Shown: one piece after another, positions 50,619 through 59,165 of the stretch
Numbering within the stretch: position 1 is the first letter of the stretch
Layout: each line of letters starts with the position of its first letter
Origin: Betaproteobacteria bacterium
GTDB lineage: Bacteria; Pseudomonadota; Gammaproteobacteria; Burkholderiales; SG8-39
Assembly: GCA_016177575.1 (NCBI GenBank)
Contig: JACOVA010000030.1
Location: forward strand, 6,054 to 70,053
DNA: 64,000 nucleotides
Direction of reading: 5' to 3'
Program-made: the position numbers and the translations under genes
The notes under the pieces: model-generated
What the model was told of the DNA's origin: nothing
The model's input: only the letters and a program-made list of their open reading frames with translations
Databases searched by the model: none

Positions 50619-52994
50619 TCACTTGATGCAGACCGAGCGCACTTCCTTGATGTTGGTGACGCCCGAGAGGCACTTCTCCATGCCGTCCTGCTTCAGGGTG
50701 CGCATACCCTCCTCCAGCGCCACCGCGAGCATCTCGGCCACGCGCGCCTTCTCGGCGATCAGCTTCTTGAGCGGGTCGGTGGCGATCAGCAGCTCGTGCA
50801 GGCCGCAGCGGCCCTTCATGCCGCTGCCGCCGCATTTGTCGCAGCCGACGGGCTTGTAGAACGTCAGCTGGCCCTTTTCGTTGCCGTAGGTCTTCACCCA
50901 GTCGCGATAGACGTTTTCCATCGCCGACTTGGGGTCTTTCTTGAAGGTCGAGGTGTTCTGCAGTTCGTCGCAGTACTCCTGCAGGAACGCTTTGATTTCC
51001 GCCCCTTCCGGGTTGTACGCCTGCTTGCAGCTGCACATGCGCCGCGCCAGGCGCTGCGCCAGGATGCCGAGCAGCGCGTCGGAGAAGTTGAACGGGTCCA
51101 TGCCCATGTCGAGCAGGCGGATGATCGACTCCGGCGCCGAGTTGGTGTGCAGCGTCGCGAACACCAGGTGGCCGGTGAGCGAGGCTTCGATGCCGGTGCC
51201 GGTGGTCTCCTTGTCGCGCATCTCGCCGACCATGATGATGTCCGGGTCGGCGCGCAGGAAAGCCTTCATCACCGCCGCGAAATCCAGGCCCGCCTTCTTG
51301 TTCACCTGCACCTGGCGCAGGCCCTTCTGCGTGATTTCGACCGGGTCTTCCGCGGTCCAGATCTTGGTGTCGGGCGTGTTCAGGTACTTGAGCACGGAGT
51401 GCAGTGTCGTCGTCTTGCCCGAGCCGGTCGGGCCGCAGACGAAGAACAGGCCGTAGGGCTTGCCGACCGCTTTCTGCAGCTCGTCGAGGTTGTGGGCCGT
51501 AAACCCCATCTTCTCGAGCGGGATCGGCTCGCCCGCGGCGAGGATCCGCATCACCACGTCTTCCACCCCGCCGGCGGTAGGGATGGTGGCGACCCGCAGC
51601 TCGATGTCCAGGGGCCCGAATTTCTTGAATTTGATCTTGCCGTCCTGGGGCTTTCTCTTCTCCGAGATATCCAGGTCGCACATGATCTTGAGGCGGGCGG
51701 CGAGCGCGTTGCGGTAGCTCGCCGGCACCTCGATGTAGGGCTGCAGGTTGCCGTCGCGCCGGAAGCGGATCTCGGTCTTGGCCTTGCCGGGATAGGGCTC
51801 GATGTGGATATCCGACACGCCCTGGTTGTAGGCGTCGATGATGATCTTGTTGACCAGCTTCACCAGCTCGTTGTCCGCGGCCGCCGAGACGTCGTCGGCC
51901 ACCGAGCCTTCCATCGCCTCGCCGCCGCCCTCCTCGTCGCCGAGGGTCGCCAGCATGTCGCCGATGTCGCCGCTATCGACCGCCTCCTGGCCGTAGAACT
52001 GGTTGACCGTTTCCTTGAACTCCTTCTGCGTCGTCACCTTGTACAGCAGGCGGGACTTGGGGAACACGTTCGATGCAATGCGCGAGCTGCGGATGCGCTC
52101 CGGGTCGAGGCACAGGACCGAGAGCCCTTCCTTCGCCTCGTCGATCGGCAACCAGTGGTTTCCCTCCACGTACTCGCGCTTGAGGTTCTTCAGCAGATCC
52201 ATCGGCTTGACGCGATCGGCCTTGAACGGCTCGTAGGGCACGCCGAAGAATTTCGACAGCGCCGCGCCGATGGCGGGAATCTTGACCTGGAACTCGTCGG
52301 TGAGCACCGCCTCGATATCGATCGCCTTCTTGCGCGCCTGGCGCGAGGCGAGCTCGAACTCGCCCGCCGACAGCACCGCGTCGGAAATCAGGTAGTCGTA
52401 TTTCGTCTTGACGAGCTGCGGCTTCTGCCGCTGCTTGAATGCGATCGCCAGGGTCTGCGCGAGCTCGTTGACGCCCTCCTCGGTGAGCGGGCCGAAAGGC
52501 GAGCCGGCCTTGTTGTTGATGATCTGGATCACGCCGATCAGCTCGGCGCCCCCCTGCTCGACGATCGGCGCGACCAGCTGCTGCTTGGTGCGGTAGCCGG
52601 TGCGCTTGTCGACCTCCTGCAGGAAGCGCAGGTTCGGATTGATCGCCTTCAGCTCGGCCTCGTCGTAGACGTCCTTGATGTTGGTCAGCTTGCGCGACAT
52701 CGCGACGTAGCCCGCGATCGAATGCTCCGCGATCGGCAGCTTGAGGTCCTTGAAGGAGTTGAGGCCGGTCTTGACCTTGGAGACGATCGACTGCTTGTCC
52801 TCGCCGACCGAATAGATCGTCAGCCGATCGGCGTTGAACAGCTGGCAGATGTCCGAGCTCACCTCCAGCATGATCTCGTCGATGTTGCTGGTGGCGTGGA
52901 TCTTGTTCGTCACCAGCTGCAGCTGCTTCTGGAACGCGAGCCGGATATTGACGTCCGTCTGCGTCGCTGCTGGATGGCTGAGTACCGCGCTCAT
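50619..52994 (-). CDS. GAF-fused GspE/PilB-family secretion ATPase (791 aa)
   Basis: N-terminal GAF (LTIYSVGEDKQSIVSK...GVIQIINNK). A T2SS-E N-domain-like segment. Walker A CGPTGSGKTTTL, Walker B IMVGEMRD, His box GHLVFATLHTN, and a Cys4 cluster CSCK...CDKCGGSG. Confidence 0.9.
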   Translation of the reverse strand: MSAVLSHPAATQTDVNIRLAFQKQLQLVTNKIHATSNIDEIMLEVSSDICQLFNADRLTIYSVGEDKQSIVSKVKTGLNSFKDLKLPIAEHSIAGYVAMSRKLTNIKDVYDEAELKAINPNLRFLQEVDKRTGYRTKQQLVAPIVEQGGAELIGVIQIINNKAGSPFGPLTEEGVNELAQTLAIAFKQRQKPQLVKTKYDYLISDAVLSAGEFELASRQARKKAIDIEAVLTDEFQVKIPAIGAALSKFFGVPYEPFKADRVKPMDLLKNLKREYVEGNHWLPIDEAKEGLSVLCLDPERIRSSRIASNVFPKSRLLYKVTTQKEFKETVNQFYGQEAVDSGDIGDMLATLGDEEGGGEAMEGSVADDVSAAADNELVKLVNKIIIDAYNQGVSDIHIEPYPGKAKTEIRFRRDGNLQPYIEVPASYRNALAARLKIMCDLDISEKRKPQDGKIKFKKFGPLDIELRVATIPTAGGVEDVVMRILAAGEPIPLEKMGFTAHNLDELQKAVGKPYGLFFVCGPTGSGKTTTLHSVLKYLNTPDTKIWTAEDPVEITQKGLRQVQVNKKAGLDFAAVMKAFLRADPDIIMVGEMRDKETTGTGIEASLTGHLVFATLHTNSAPESIIRLLDMGMDPFNFSDALLGILAQRLARRMCSCKQAYNPEGAEIKAFLQEYCDELQNTSTFKKDPKSAMENVYRDWVKTYGNEKGQLTFYKPVGCDKCGGSGMKGRCGLHELLIATDPLKKLIAEKARVAEMLAVALEEGMRTLKQDGMEKCLSGVTNIKEVRSVCIK

Positions 52995-53044
52995 CGGATC
53001 CCCCCGTGCATTGCGTAGCCTATCTTAGCGCCTGATCGAAAACC

Positions 53045-53073
53045 ATTCTACACCCACCCTCATGATTTTTAAC
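53045..53073 (-). promoter_or_regulatory. Putative sigma-70 promoter for the ATPase gene (weak call)
   Basis: The minus strand has GTTAAA, a 17-nt spacer, then TAGAAT, about 45 nt upstream of ATG 52994. It lies in the only sizeable (113 nt), AT-richer gap of the operon. Confidence 0.25.
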
Positions 53074-53107
53074 CTTCTTTTCTGGAATTACGTCACTGAA
53101 AGAGCCA

Positions 53108-54193
53108 TCAGCGGCCGCGGCCGGCGGCCCACAGGCCGCCGGCGAGCAGACACACCTTGAAGCCGCGCTGGGCGAACAGAAAGGCGGCCGCGGAGCTGCG
53201 CCGCCCGCTCTGGCAGTAGACGATGTACTCGCGCCCCGGCTCGAGCACCGCGAAGCTGTTGCGCACCTCGTTGAGCGGGACATTGATCGCGCCGGGCAGC
53301 TTGTCGTAGCGGTATTCCGAGGGGTAGCGCACGTCGAGCCAGGTCGCGCCGCGCTGCACGCGCTCGAGTCCCTCCTCGTAGCCGACGCGCTGCAGGAGCG
53401 GCTCGCCGAGGAGCTCGTTGAAGTCGCGCTTGCCCAGGCGCAGCAGCTGGCCGTCGCTCGCCATGCTCACGGTCGCGTTGCGCTTGGCCTCGGAAGCGAG
53501 CGCCTCCTCGCCGAACGCGTCCCCGCTCTTCAGCTCGGCGAGGGCGACCTTGACGCCGCCGACCATGCGCTCGACATGGCAGCGTCCGGACTCGATCACA
53601 TAGTAGTAGTCGCCCTCCTCGCCTTCGCGGATCACGACATCGCCGCGGTGCGCGGCGACGCGCTCGAAGCGCGCCAGCAGCTCTTCGATGCGCGCCGCCG
53701 GCAGCCGCGCGAACACGCCATGACGCAGGTTGGAGAGGGAGAACACGCCGCGGCCGAGGCGTGCGTCGGAGCGCACCGCGCGCCCCATCACGCTGCCCGC
53801 GGCGGCGTCGCCCGCGGCAACCTGGTCGAACGTGACCAGGATGTCGAGCACTTCGTCGTCCAGCGTCAGAAGATCGAGGTCGCTGATCGCCCGCGCACGC
53901 GCGATCGGGGCGCCGCGCCGGTTGAGCGGAAAGCGGCCGTCGCCGGTCCCCCCCACCACGACCAGCGTGCCGCCGCCGGCGTACATGAGCAGAATCTCGC
54001 CGCGCAGCAGGAACACCGATAGCCCGTCGAGCTTGCGTCCGGAGAGCGGATCGCGGCCGCGCGCCGTGCTTTCCACCAGCGCGACCTCCGCCAGCTCGCG
54101 CAGCCGCTCGGCCGAAAGCGCGCCCAGCGGCGCGAACACGGAGAGCTGCTCGACGGTGGCGCGCTGCGGCAATGCCCGTGGCGTCGTGTCCAC
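53108..54193 (-). CDS. Tandem cyclic-nucleotide-binding domains fused to a rhodanese domain
   Basis: The second CNB domain has GDAFGEEALASEAKRNATV; the first is more degenerate. The C-terminal rhodanese has the active-site loop YCQSGRRS. Confidence 0.8.
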   Translation of the reverse strand: MDTTPRALPQRATVEQLSVFAPLGALSAERLRELAEVALVESTARGRDPLSGRKLDGLSVFLLRGEILLMYAGGGTLVVVGGTGDGRFPLNRRGAPIARARAISDLDLLTLDDEVLDILVTFDQVAAGDAAAGSVMGRAVRSDARLGRGVFSLSNLRHGVFARLPAARIEELLARFERVAAHRGDVVIREGEEGDYYYVIESGRCHVERMVGGVKVALAELKSGDAFGEEALASEAKRNATVSMASDGQLLRLGKRDFNELLGEPLLQRVGYEEGLERVQRGATWLDVRYPSEYRYDKLPGAINVPLNEVRNSFAVLEPGREYIVYCQSGRRSSAAAFLFAQRGFKVCLLAGGLWAAGRGR

Positions 54194-54196
54194 GGC

Positions 54197-54964
54197 TCAG
54201 AACTCGAACGTCTGCCCGTTCTGCAGCATGCGCGGCCGGCGGCTGGCCGAGCATTCCTCGACCTCCTGCATCGTCAGCTCGATCTCCCCGGGCTTGAGGT
54301 GCGTGATCCAGATCTCGGGATCGCGCTCGAGCTTGGCCAGCTCGTCGGCGAGCATCGAGGGGCACAGGTGCTTGGACACTTCCGCCAGCTGGCGCTCCTT
54401 GTTCGAGAAAGCGGTCTCGATGATCAGCACGCGCAGGTTCTCGATCTGATTCACGATGTGCCACAGCTCGTCGTTCGGCCCGGTGTCGCCGGAAAAGACC
54501 AGGCTGCCCGTGCCGCTGCGAAGGTGGTAGCCGACCGCAGGCACGGTATGGATCGCCGGCAGCGGCGTGAAATCGCGCCCGCCCAGCGTCACCGTCCTGC
54601 CGAGCTCGATTTCCTGGTAACGCAGGAACGGCGCCTCCGCGCTCGGGATCTCGGTGAAGTCCGGCCAGATCGCCCAGTTGAACAGATGGTTCTTCAGGAT
54701 CTCGATGGTCGCGCCGGTCGCGTGGACGGTGATCGGCCGGGCGCGCATGCCGCCGACCGTGTCGACGAGAAACGGGATCGAGGTGACATGGTCGAGATGC
54801 GAGTGCGTGACGAAGATATGGTCGATCTGGGTCAGCTCGGCGAGCGACAGGTCGCCGACCCCCGAACCGGCATCGATCAGCACGTCGCTGTCGACGAGAA
54901 AGGAGGTGGTGCGCAGATGGCGCCCGCCGATACCCCCGGAGCAGCCCAGGACGCGCAGGCGCAT
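54197..54964 (-). CDS. Class II 3',5'-cyclic-nucleotide phosphodiesterase (MBL fold)
   Basis: Start at ATG 54964 (MRLRVLGCSGG). Metal motif FVTHSHLDHV. Size is ~255 aa. Confidence 0.8.
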   Translation of the reverse strand: MRLRVLGCSGGIGGRHLRTTSFLVDSDVLIDAGSGVGDLSLAELTQIDHIFVTHSHLDHVTSIPFLVDTVGGMRARPITVHATGATIEILKNHLFNWAIWPDFTEIPSAEAPFLRYQEIELGRTVTLGGRDFTPLPAIHTVPAVGYHLRSGTGSLVFSGDTGPNDELWHIVNQIENLRVLIIETAFSNKERQLAEVSKHLCPSMLADELAKLERDPEIWITHLKPGEIELTMQEVEECSASRRPRMLQNGQTFEF

Positions 54965-54972
54965 CGCCGGGC

Positions 54973-57198
54973 CTATTTCTCGTGAAACACGGTAACGCCG
55001 TCCCAGTCGTCCGGCAGCGCGGCATCCCGCATGGTGTCGACTCTCTCGGCATACGCCTGATACAGCCCGCACTCCGGGTTCATGCCTTGCAGCTTGGCGA
55101 GGCCGGCCTCGGCCTCGTCCCAGCGTTGCGCGCGGTATGCGGCGAGCGCGTCGTCCCAGAGATCGAGCTCGTTGCGCGCCCCCTGGTCCACTTCGGACTC
55201 CAGACCGAGCGGCTCGTAGATCGCGATCGCCTCGTCCTTGCCCTTGACCTTGATGCGGTCGATTTCCCTGAACAGCACGTCCTTGACCGCGGCGCGGGTC
55301 GCCTCGCCGACCAGGATGCCGATGCCGTAGGTCTTGGTGCGACCCTCGAGGCGCGAGGCAACGTTCACCGGATCTCCCATCACCGTATAGGCGCGCCGCA
55401 CCTGGGAGCCCATGTCGCCTACACGCACGCCGCCGGTGTTGACGCCCACCCCGATCTTGAGCGCCGGCCAGCCGCGTGCGGTGAACTTGTCATTCAGCAC
55501 CTTGCACTCCCCTTGCATCTCCAGCGCGGCGAGCACGCCGTTGCGCGCATGCTGCGGATCCTCGACCGGAGCCCCCCAAAACGCCATGATCGCGTCGCCG
55601 ATGTACTTGTCAAGAGTCCCGTTGTACCTGGCGCGGATGATGCCGCTCATCGTGGTCAGGTACTGGTTGATGTACTCGCGCAGCTCCTCGGGCTTGAGCG
55701 CCTCGGAGATGCTGGTGAAGCCGCGCACGTCCGAGAACAGGATCGTCAACTCGGCGGCCTTGGGCTCCATGGTGTACTTCTCCGGGTCGGCCGCCATCCG
55801 GTCGACCAGCTCGGGCGGAACGTATTGCCCGAAGAGCTCGGTGAACTGACGCTTCGAGCGGCTCTCGACGAAGTAGCCGTAGGCCATGTTCACCGTGTAC
55901 ATGGCGCCTACCATCAGGATCGAGGTCGCGAGCGGCAGCACCAGATCCGCCATGGACCAGACCATGAAATCGATTGCCGTCACCAGCGCGACGCCGAGGA
56001 GCACGCTGGCGGTCGCCCACAGCGCCGACAGCATGGGAATCAGGATCGAGAGCGCCACGCCGCCGACCAGCAGCAGGAGCACCTCGGCACCGAGCATGTA
56101 CGGCGGCTTGCTCTTGAGGGTCCCGTCGAGGACGCCGGTGATCATGTTGGCGTGGATCTCGACGCCGGGATAGACGCTGCCGACGGGCGTCGAGCGCTGA
56201 TCGAGCAATCCCGGGGCGGTGGTGCCGACGATCGCGATCCTCCCCTTCAGCTGGCCGGGATCGACGCGGTCTTTCAGGACGTCGGCGAGCGCGATGTAGG
56301 GATAGCTGAACTTGCGGCCGCGATAGGGGATCAGCACCGCCGCCCGCTCGTCCACCGGAATGACATAGTCGGCGACCTTCAGCCATTCCAGGCCAGGGTA
56401 ATCGAATGAGGGCGGTACGAGGCCGGGCTCGACCCTGGGGGCAGCGCCAGTCTGCAGCGCGATCAGAGCGCGCAGCATCGCGAGGGAGAGCGCTTCGTAA
56501 TATTCTCCCTCGAATTCCAGGATCATCGGCACGCGGCGCGACACGCCGTCGTCGTCGACCAGCGGGTTGAAATGGCCTGCCCCCGCCGCGTTCTTCACGT
56601 ATTCGGACAGGTTTCCGGTATAGCCCTTCCAGCGCGGGAAGTTGATCGCCCGTCCGGCGAAGGTCTCCCTGGAAAGCACGGGCGGTGGAATGGCATTCGC
56701 CTTGACCGCGTTTTCCTCGGCGTTGAAGTAATAGCCGAGCACCACGGGGCGATCCTTGATGCTCGCCGCGAACATGCCGTCGAAATCGAGCTGCGGGCGT
56801 AGCCGCTTGAAGGCCGACTGGAACCCGGACACCTCCTTCAGCTCCTGACGCGCGAGCGCCTCGAGCGTGTCCATGCCCGAGCTGGTATCCCGCTCCGCCC
56901 ATACCACGTCGAAACCGACCAGCAGCACGCCGTACTTGCCGAACAGCTTGTCCATCAGCTGCGCCATGACGTTGCGGCTCCAGGGCCAGCGTCCGACCTC
57001 GCCCAGGCTCTTCTCGTCGATGTCCAGAATGACGACGCGCGGATCGACGCCTCCCGGCATCGTCATGTTCAGCCGCGCGTCGAAGATGATGTTGTCGAGC
57101 TGGGTGATCAGCCCGATCTCGTACCAGCGCAGGGTATGGCCCAGGAAGAAGAAGACGATCGCCAGGCCGATCACGATCCTGACGAGGTGCTGTTTCAC
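54973..57198 (-). CDS. CHASE2 sensor / class III nucleotidyl cyclase (probably adenylate cyclase)
   Basis: N-terminal TM followed by CHASE2 (VVILDIDEKSLGEVGRWPWSRN), then TM helices. The cyclase core has ILFSDVRGFTSISE, KYIGDAIMAFWG and GDPVNVASRLEG. The Lys in DKYIGD is the adenine-type specificity residue. Confidence 0.9.
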   Translation of the reverse strand: MKQHLVRIVIGLAIVFFFLGHTLRWYEIGLITQLDNIIFDARLNMTMPGGVDPRVVILDIDEKSLGEVGRWPWSRNVMAQLMDKLFGKYGVLLVGFDVVWAERDTSSGMDTLEALARQELKEVSGFQSAFKRLRPQLDFDGMFAASIKDRPVVLGYYFNAEENAVKANAIPPPVLSRETFAGRAINFPRWKGYTGNLSEYVKNAAGAGHFNPLVDDDGVSRRVPMILEFEGEYYEALSLAMLRALIALQTGAAPRVEPGLVPPSFDYPGLEWLKVADYVIPVDERAAVLIPYRGRKFSYPYIALADVLKDRVDPGQLKGRIAIVGTTAPGLLDQRSTPVGSVYPGVEIHANMITGVLDGTLKSKPPYMLGAEVLLLLVGGVALSILIPMLSALWATASVLLGVALVTAIDFMVWSMADLVLPLATSILMVGAMYTVNMAYGYFVESRSKRQFTELFGQYVPPELVDRMAADPEKYTMEPKAAELTILFSDVRGFTSISEALKPEELREYINQYLTTMSGIIRARYNGTLDKYIGDAIMAFWGAPVEDPQHARNGVLAALEMQGECKVLNDKFTARGWPALKIGVGVNTGGVRVGDMGSQVRRAYTVMGDPVNVASRLEGRTKTYGIGILVGEATRAAVKDVLFREIDRIKVKGKDEAIAIYEPLGLESEVDQGARNELDLWDDALAAYRAQRWDEAEAGLAKLQGMNPECGLYQAYAERVDTMRDAALPDDWDGVTVFHEK

Positions 57199-57242
57199 TC
57201 AATCCTCCGGCGGTCGGGCCGGGCCGGGGGACCTGCCGGCCA

Positions 57243-58097
57243 TCAGGACTTGTGGAAGAACTCCATCTTGATGCCGGCGATCTCGACCAGATCGTGGTCC
57301 TTGAGGGGATGCGGCGCGGCGCCGATCGGCTGGCCGTTGACGGTCGGGCGCTGGGCGCCTTCGACGTGGGTGATGAAGTAGCCCTGCGGGCGCCGCGTCA
57401 GCACCGCGACCTGCACGCCCGGCTTGCCGAGCGTGGTGAGTGGCTTGGAGAGCTCCAGCTCCTTGCCGGCGTTGCCACCCGAAAGCAGCTGTATGGCGCC
57501 GAGGGGCTGGGCGGGCTTGGGCGCGGCCGGCGCGGCGGCGGCCGGCGCGGGCGCGGCCGGCGCGGGCGCGGCCGGTGCGGGCGCGGCGGCCGGCGCGGTT
57601 GCCGGCGCCGGCCTTTCCGCGATGCCGCTCACCTGGGCGGCGGCACCCACCGCCTGGATTGCCGCCTGGCGCGCCGCCTGGGCGGCCTGCGCCGCCTGCG
57701 CGCCGCCCATCGGCATGGTCCGCGCTTGCTCGGCGGCGGCCTTCATCGCCGAGGGCCGCAGCACCATCGTCTTCTCGAAGTCGGCCGCAGCCGCCGCGGG
57801 CTGGGCGCCGGCTTCCTGGATGAACTTCAGCTTGTACTTGCCGAGCTCGATGATGTCGTTGTTCTGCAGGAAGTGCTTCTTGACCGGGTTGCCGTTCACC
57901 AACGTGCCGTTGGTGCTGCCCAGATCCTCCATGAAGGAATCGTTCAGGATGGTGACGATCACGGCGTGCTCGCCGCTCACCGCCAGATTGTCGATCTGGA
58001 TGTCGTTGTGCGCCTTGCGGCCGATGGTCGTGCGCTCCTTGGAGAGCGGAATCTCCTTGAGCACTAGGCCGTCCATGCTGAGTATCAGTTTCGCCAT
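57243..58097 (-). CDS. Double FHA-domain protein with an Ala/Pro-rich linker
   Basis: N-terminal FHA TIGRKAHNDIQIDNLAVSGEHA...GSTNGTLVNG. The C-terminal divergent FHA-like domain is TTLGKPGVQVAV...PTVNGQPI. The linker is APAPAAPAPAAPAPAAAAPAAP. Confidence 0.85.
   Translation of the reverse strand: MAKLILSMDGLVLKEIPLSKERTTIGRKAHNDIQIDNLAVSGEHAVIVTILNDSFMEDLGSTNGTLVNGNPVKKHFLQNNDIIELGKYKLKFIQEAGAQPAAAAADFEKTMVLRPSAMKAAAEQARTMPMGGAQAAQAAQAARQAAIQAVGAAAQVSGIAERPAPATAPAAAPAPAAPAPAAPAPAAAAPAAPKPAQPLGAIQLLSGGNAGKELELSKPLTTLGKPGVQVAVLTRRPQGYFITHVEGAQRPTVNGQPIGAAPHPLKDHDLVEIAGIKMEFFHKS
57541..57585. repeat. Three tandem copies of a 15-bp unit inside the FHA-protein linker
   Basis: GCCGGCGCGGGCGCG at 57541-57555 and 57556-57570. 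GCCGGTGCGGGCGCG at 57571-57585. The repeat is in-frame and encodes the Ala/Pro repeats. Confidence 0.8.
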
Positions 58098-58112
58098 CGC
58101 CGATCCCTGACC

Positions 58113-58925
58113 TTATTTAAACCAGCCCAAAAAGCCGCGAGGGGCGGGGTATTCGCGCAGGACGCGCACGAGTATAACCGATACGTTGTCCTTGCCCCCG
58201 TTGTCGTTGGCCATCTGCACCAGCTGCTGGGCGGCGAGCTTGAGGTTGCCGCCGAGCGCCTGCAGCGTCATCCCCATGTCCTCGTCCTCGACCATGTCGC
58301 ACAGGCCGTCGGAGCAAAGCAGGTAGACGTCCCCCGGCCGGGTTGCGTACTCGCGCACCTCGGGCTCGACCGACGGATCGATGCCGAGCGCCTTGGTGAC
58401 CAGGTTCTTGTGCTGCGCGTGCTTCGCCTGTTCGGCGGTGATGATGCCGCTGTCGATCTGCTCCTGGAGCAGCGAATGGTCGCGCGTCACCTGCGAAAAT
58501 TTTCCGTCACGCAGCATGTAGAGCCGCGAATCGCCCAGGTGCCCGACCATCATCTTGTTGTCGTAGAACAGGCAGACGACCAGGGTCGTGCCCATTCCCG
58601 CGTACTGGGGCTGGCTCTGCGCCGCCTGGTAGATCGAGGTGTTCGCCTTCAGCACCTGCTCGCGGATCATGCGCTCGGCGAGCGTCTTCTTGGTCTCCTG
58701 GTCGACCTGGTAGGGCTGCGCCCTGGCGAGCAGCTGCTGCAGCTCGGTGGTGATCACCGTGGTCGCCATCCCGCTCGCGACTTCGCCGGCGTTGTAGCCG
58801 CCCATGCCATCGGCGAGCACCACCAGACCGTTGGCCGGGTCCGAGGCGATCGAGTCCTCGTTGTGCGAGCGCACCATGCCCGGATCGGTGCAGCTCGCGA
58901 TTTCGAGCACCTGGCTGTAGTTCAT
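58113..58925 (-). CDS. PP2C-family Ser/Thr protein phosphatase
   Basis: SCTDPGMVRSHNEDS, VLADGMGGYNAGEVAS, LCSDGL and NGGKDNVSVILV motifs. Confidence 0.9.
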   Translation of the reverse strand: MNYSQVLEIASCTDPGMVRSHNEDSIASDPANGLVVLADGMGGYNAGEVASGMATTVITTELQQLLARAQPYQVDQETKKTLAERMIREQVLKANTSIYQAAQSQPQYAGMGTTLVVCLFYDNKMMVGHLGDSRLYMLRDGKFSQVTRDHSLLQEQIDSGIITAEQAKHAQHKNLVTKALGIDPSVEPEVREYATRPGDVYLLCSDGLCDMVEDEDMGMTLQALGGNLKLAAQQLVQMANDNGGKDNVSVILVRVLREYPAPRGFLGWFK

Positions 58926-59165
58926 GCGTTACCGAGCTTCCTCATGCAGCTGTTCGAGCGCTCCGAGATCTTGCGCATTCCAAGCGGGCGGGCGCAAAAA
59001 TTCTACGCCAGCCCCGCACCTGGCACGCGGATTCGAGACCTATCCTTCCCCCAAGGAAAGCAGCTTCCCCGGGGCGCATTTTTGCAGCTAAGTGTCTGCT
59101 ACGTCAAATATTTGCGCGCGCTGGGGCGGTGCGCCGCGCGTCCGGTCCGGCGGGTCTTGCAGGCG

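Noticed and set aside
50400-53018. 872-aa plus-strand ORF antisense to the GAF-ATPase gene
   Set aside because: The opposite strand carries complete Walker A/B, His-box and Cys4 motifs. This frame has no recognisable domain and a repetitive L/R/D/V composition.
59021-59036. Sigma-54-like motif TGGCACGCGGATTCGA on the plus strand, in the gap between the oxalate and PP2C operons
   Set aside because: The -12 element reads TTCG rather than TTGC. The motif also points into the 3' end of a minus-strand gene with no plus-strand ORF downstream. It is probably a chance match; an antisense RNA cannot be excluded.
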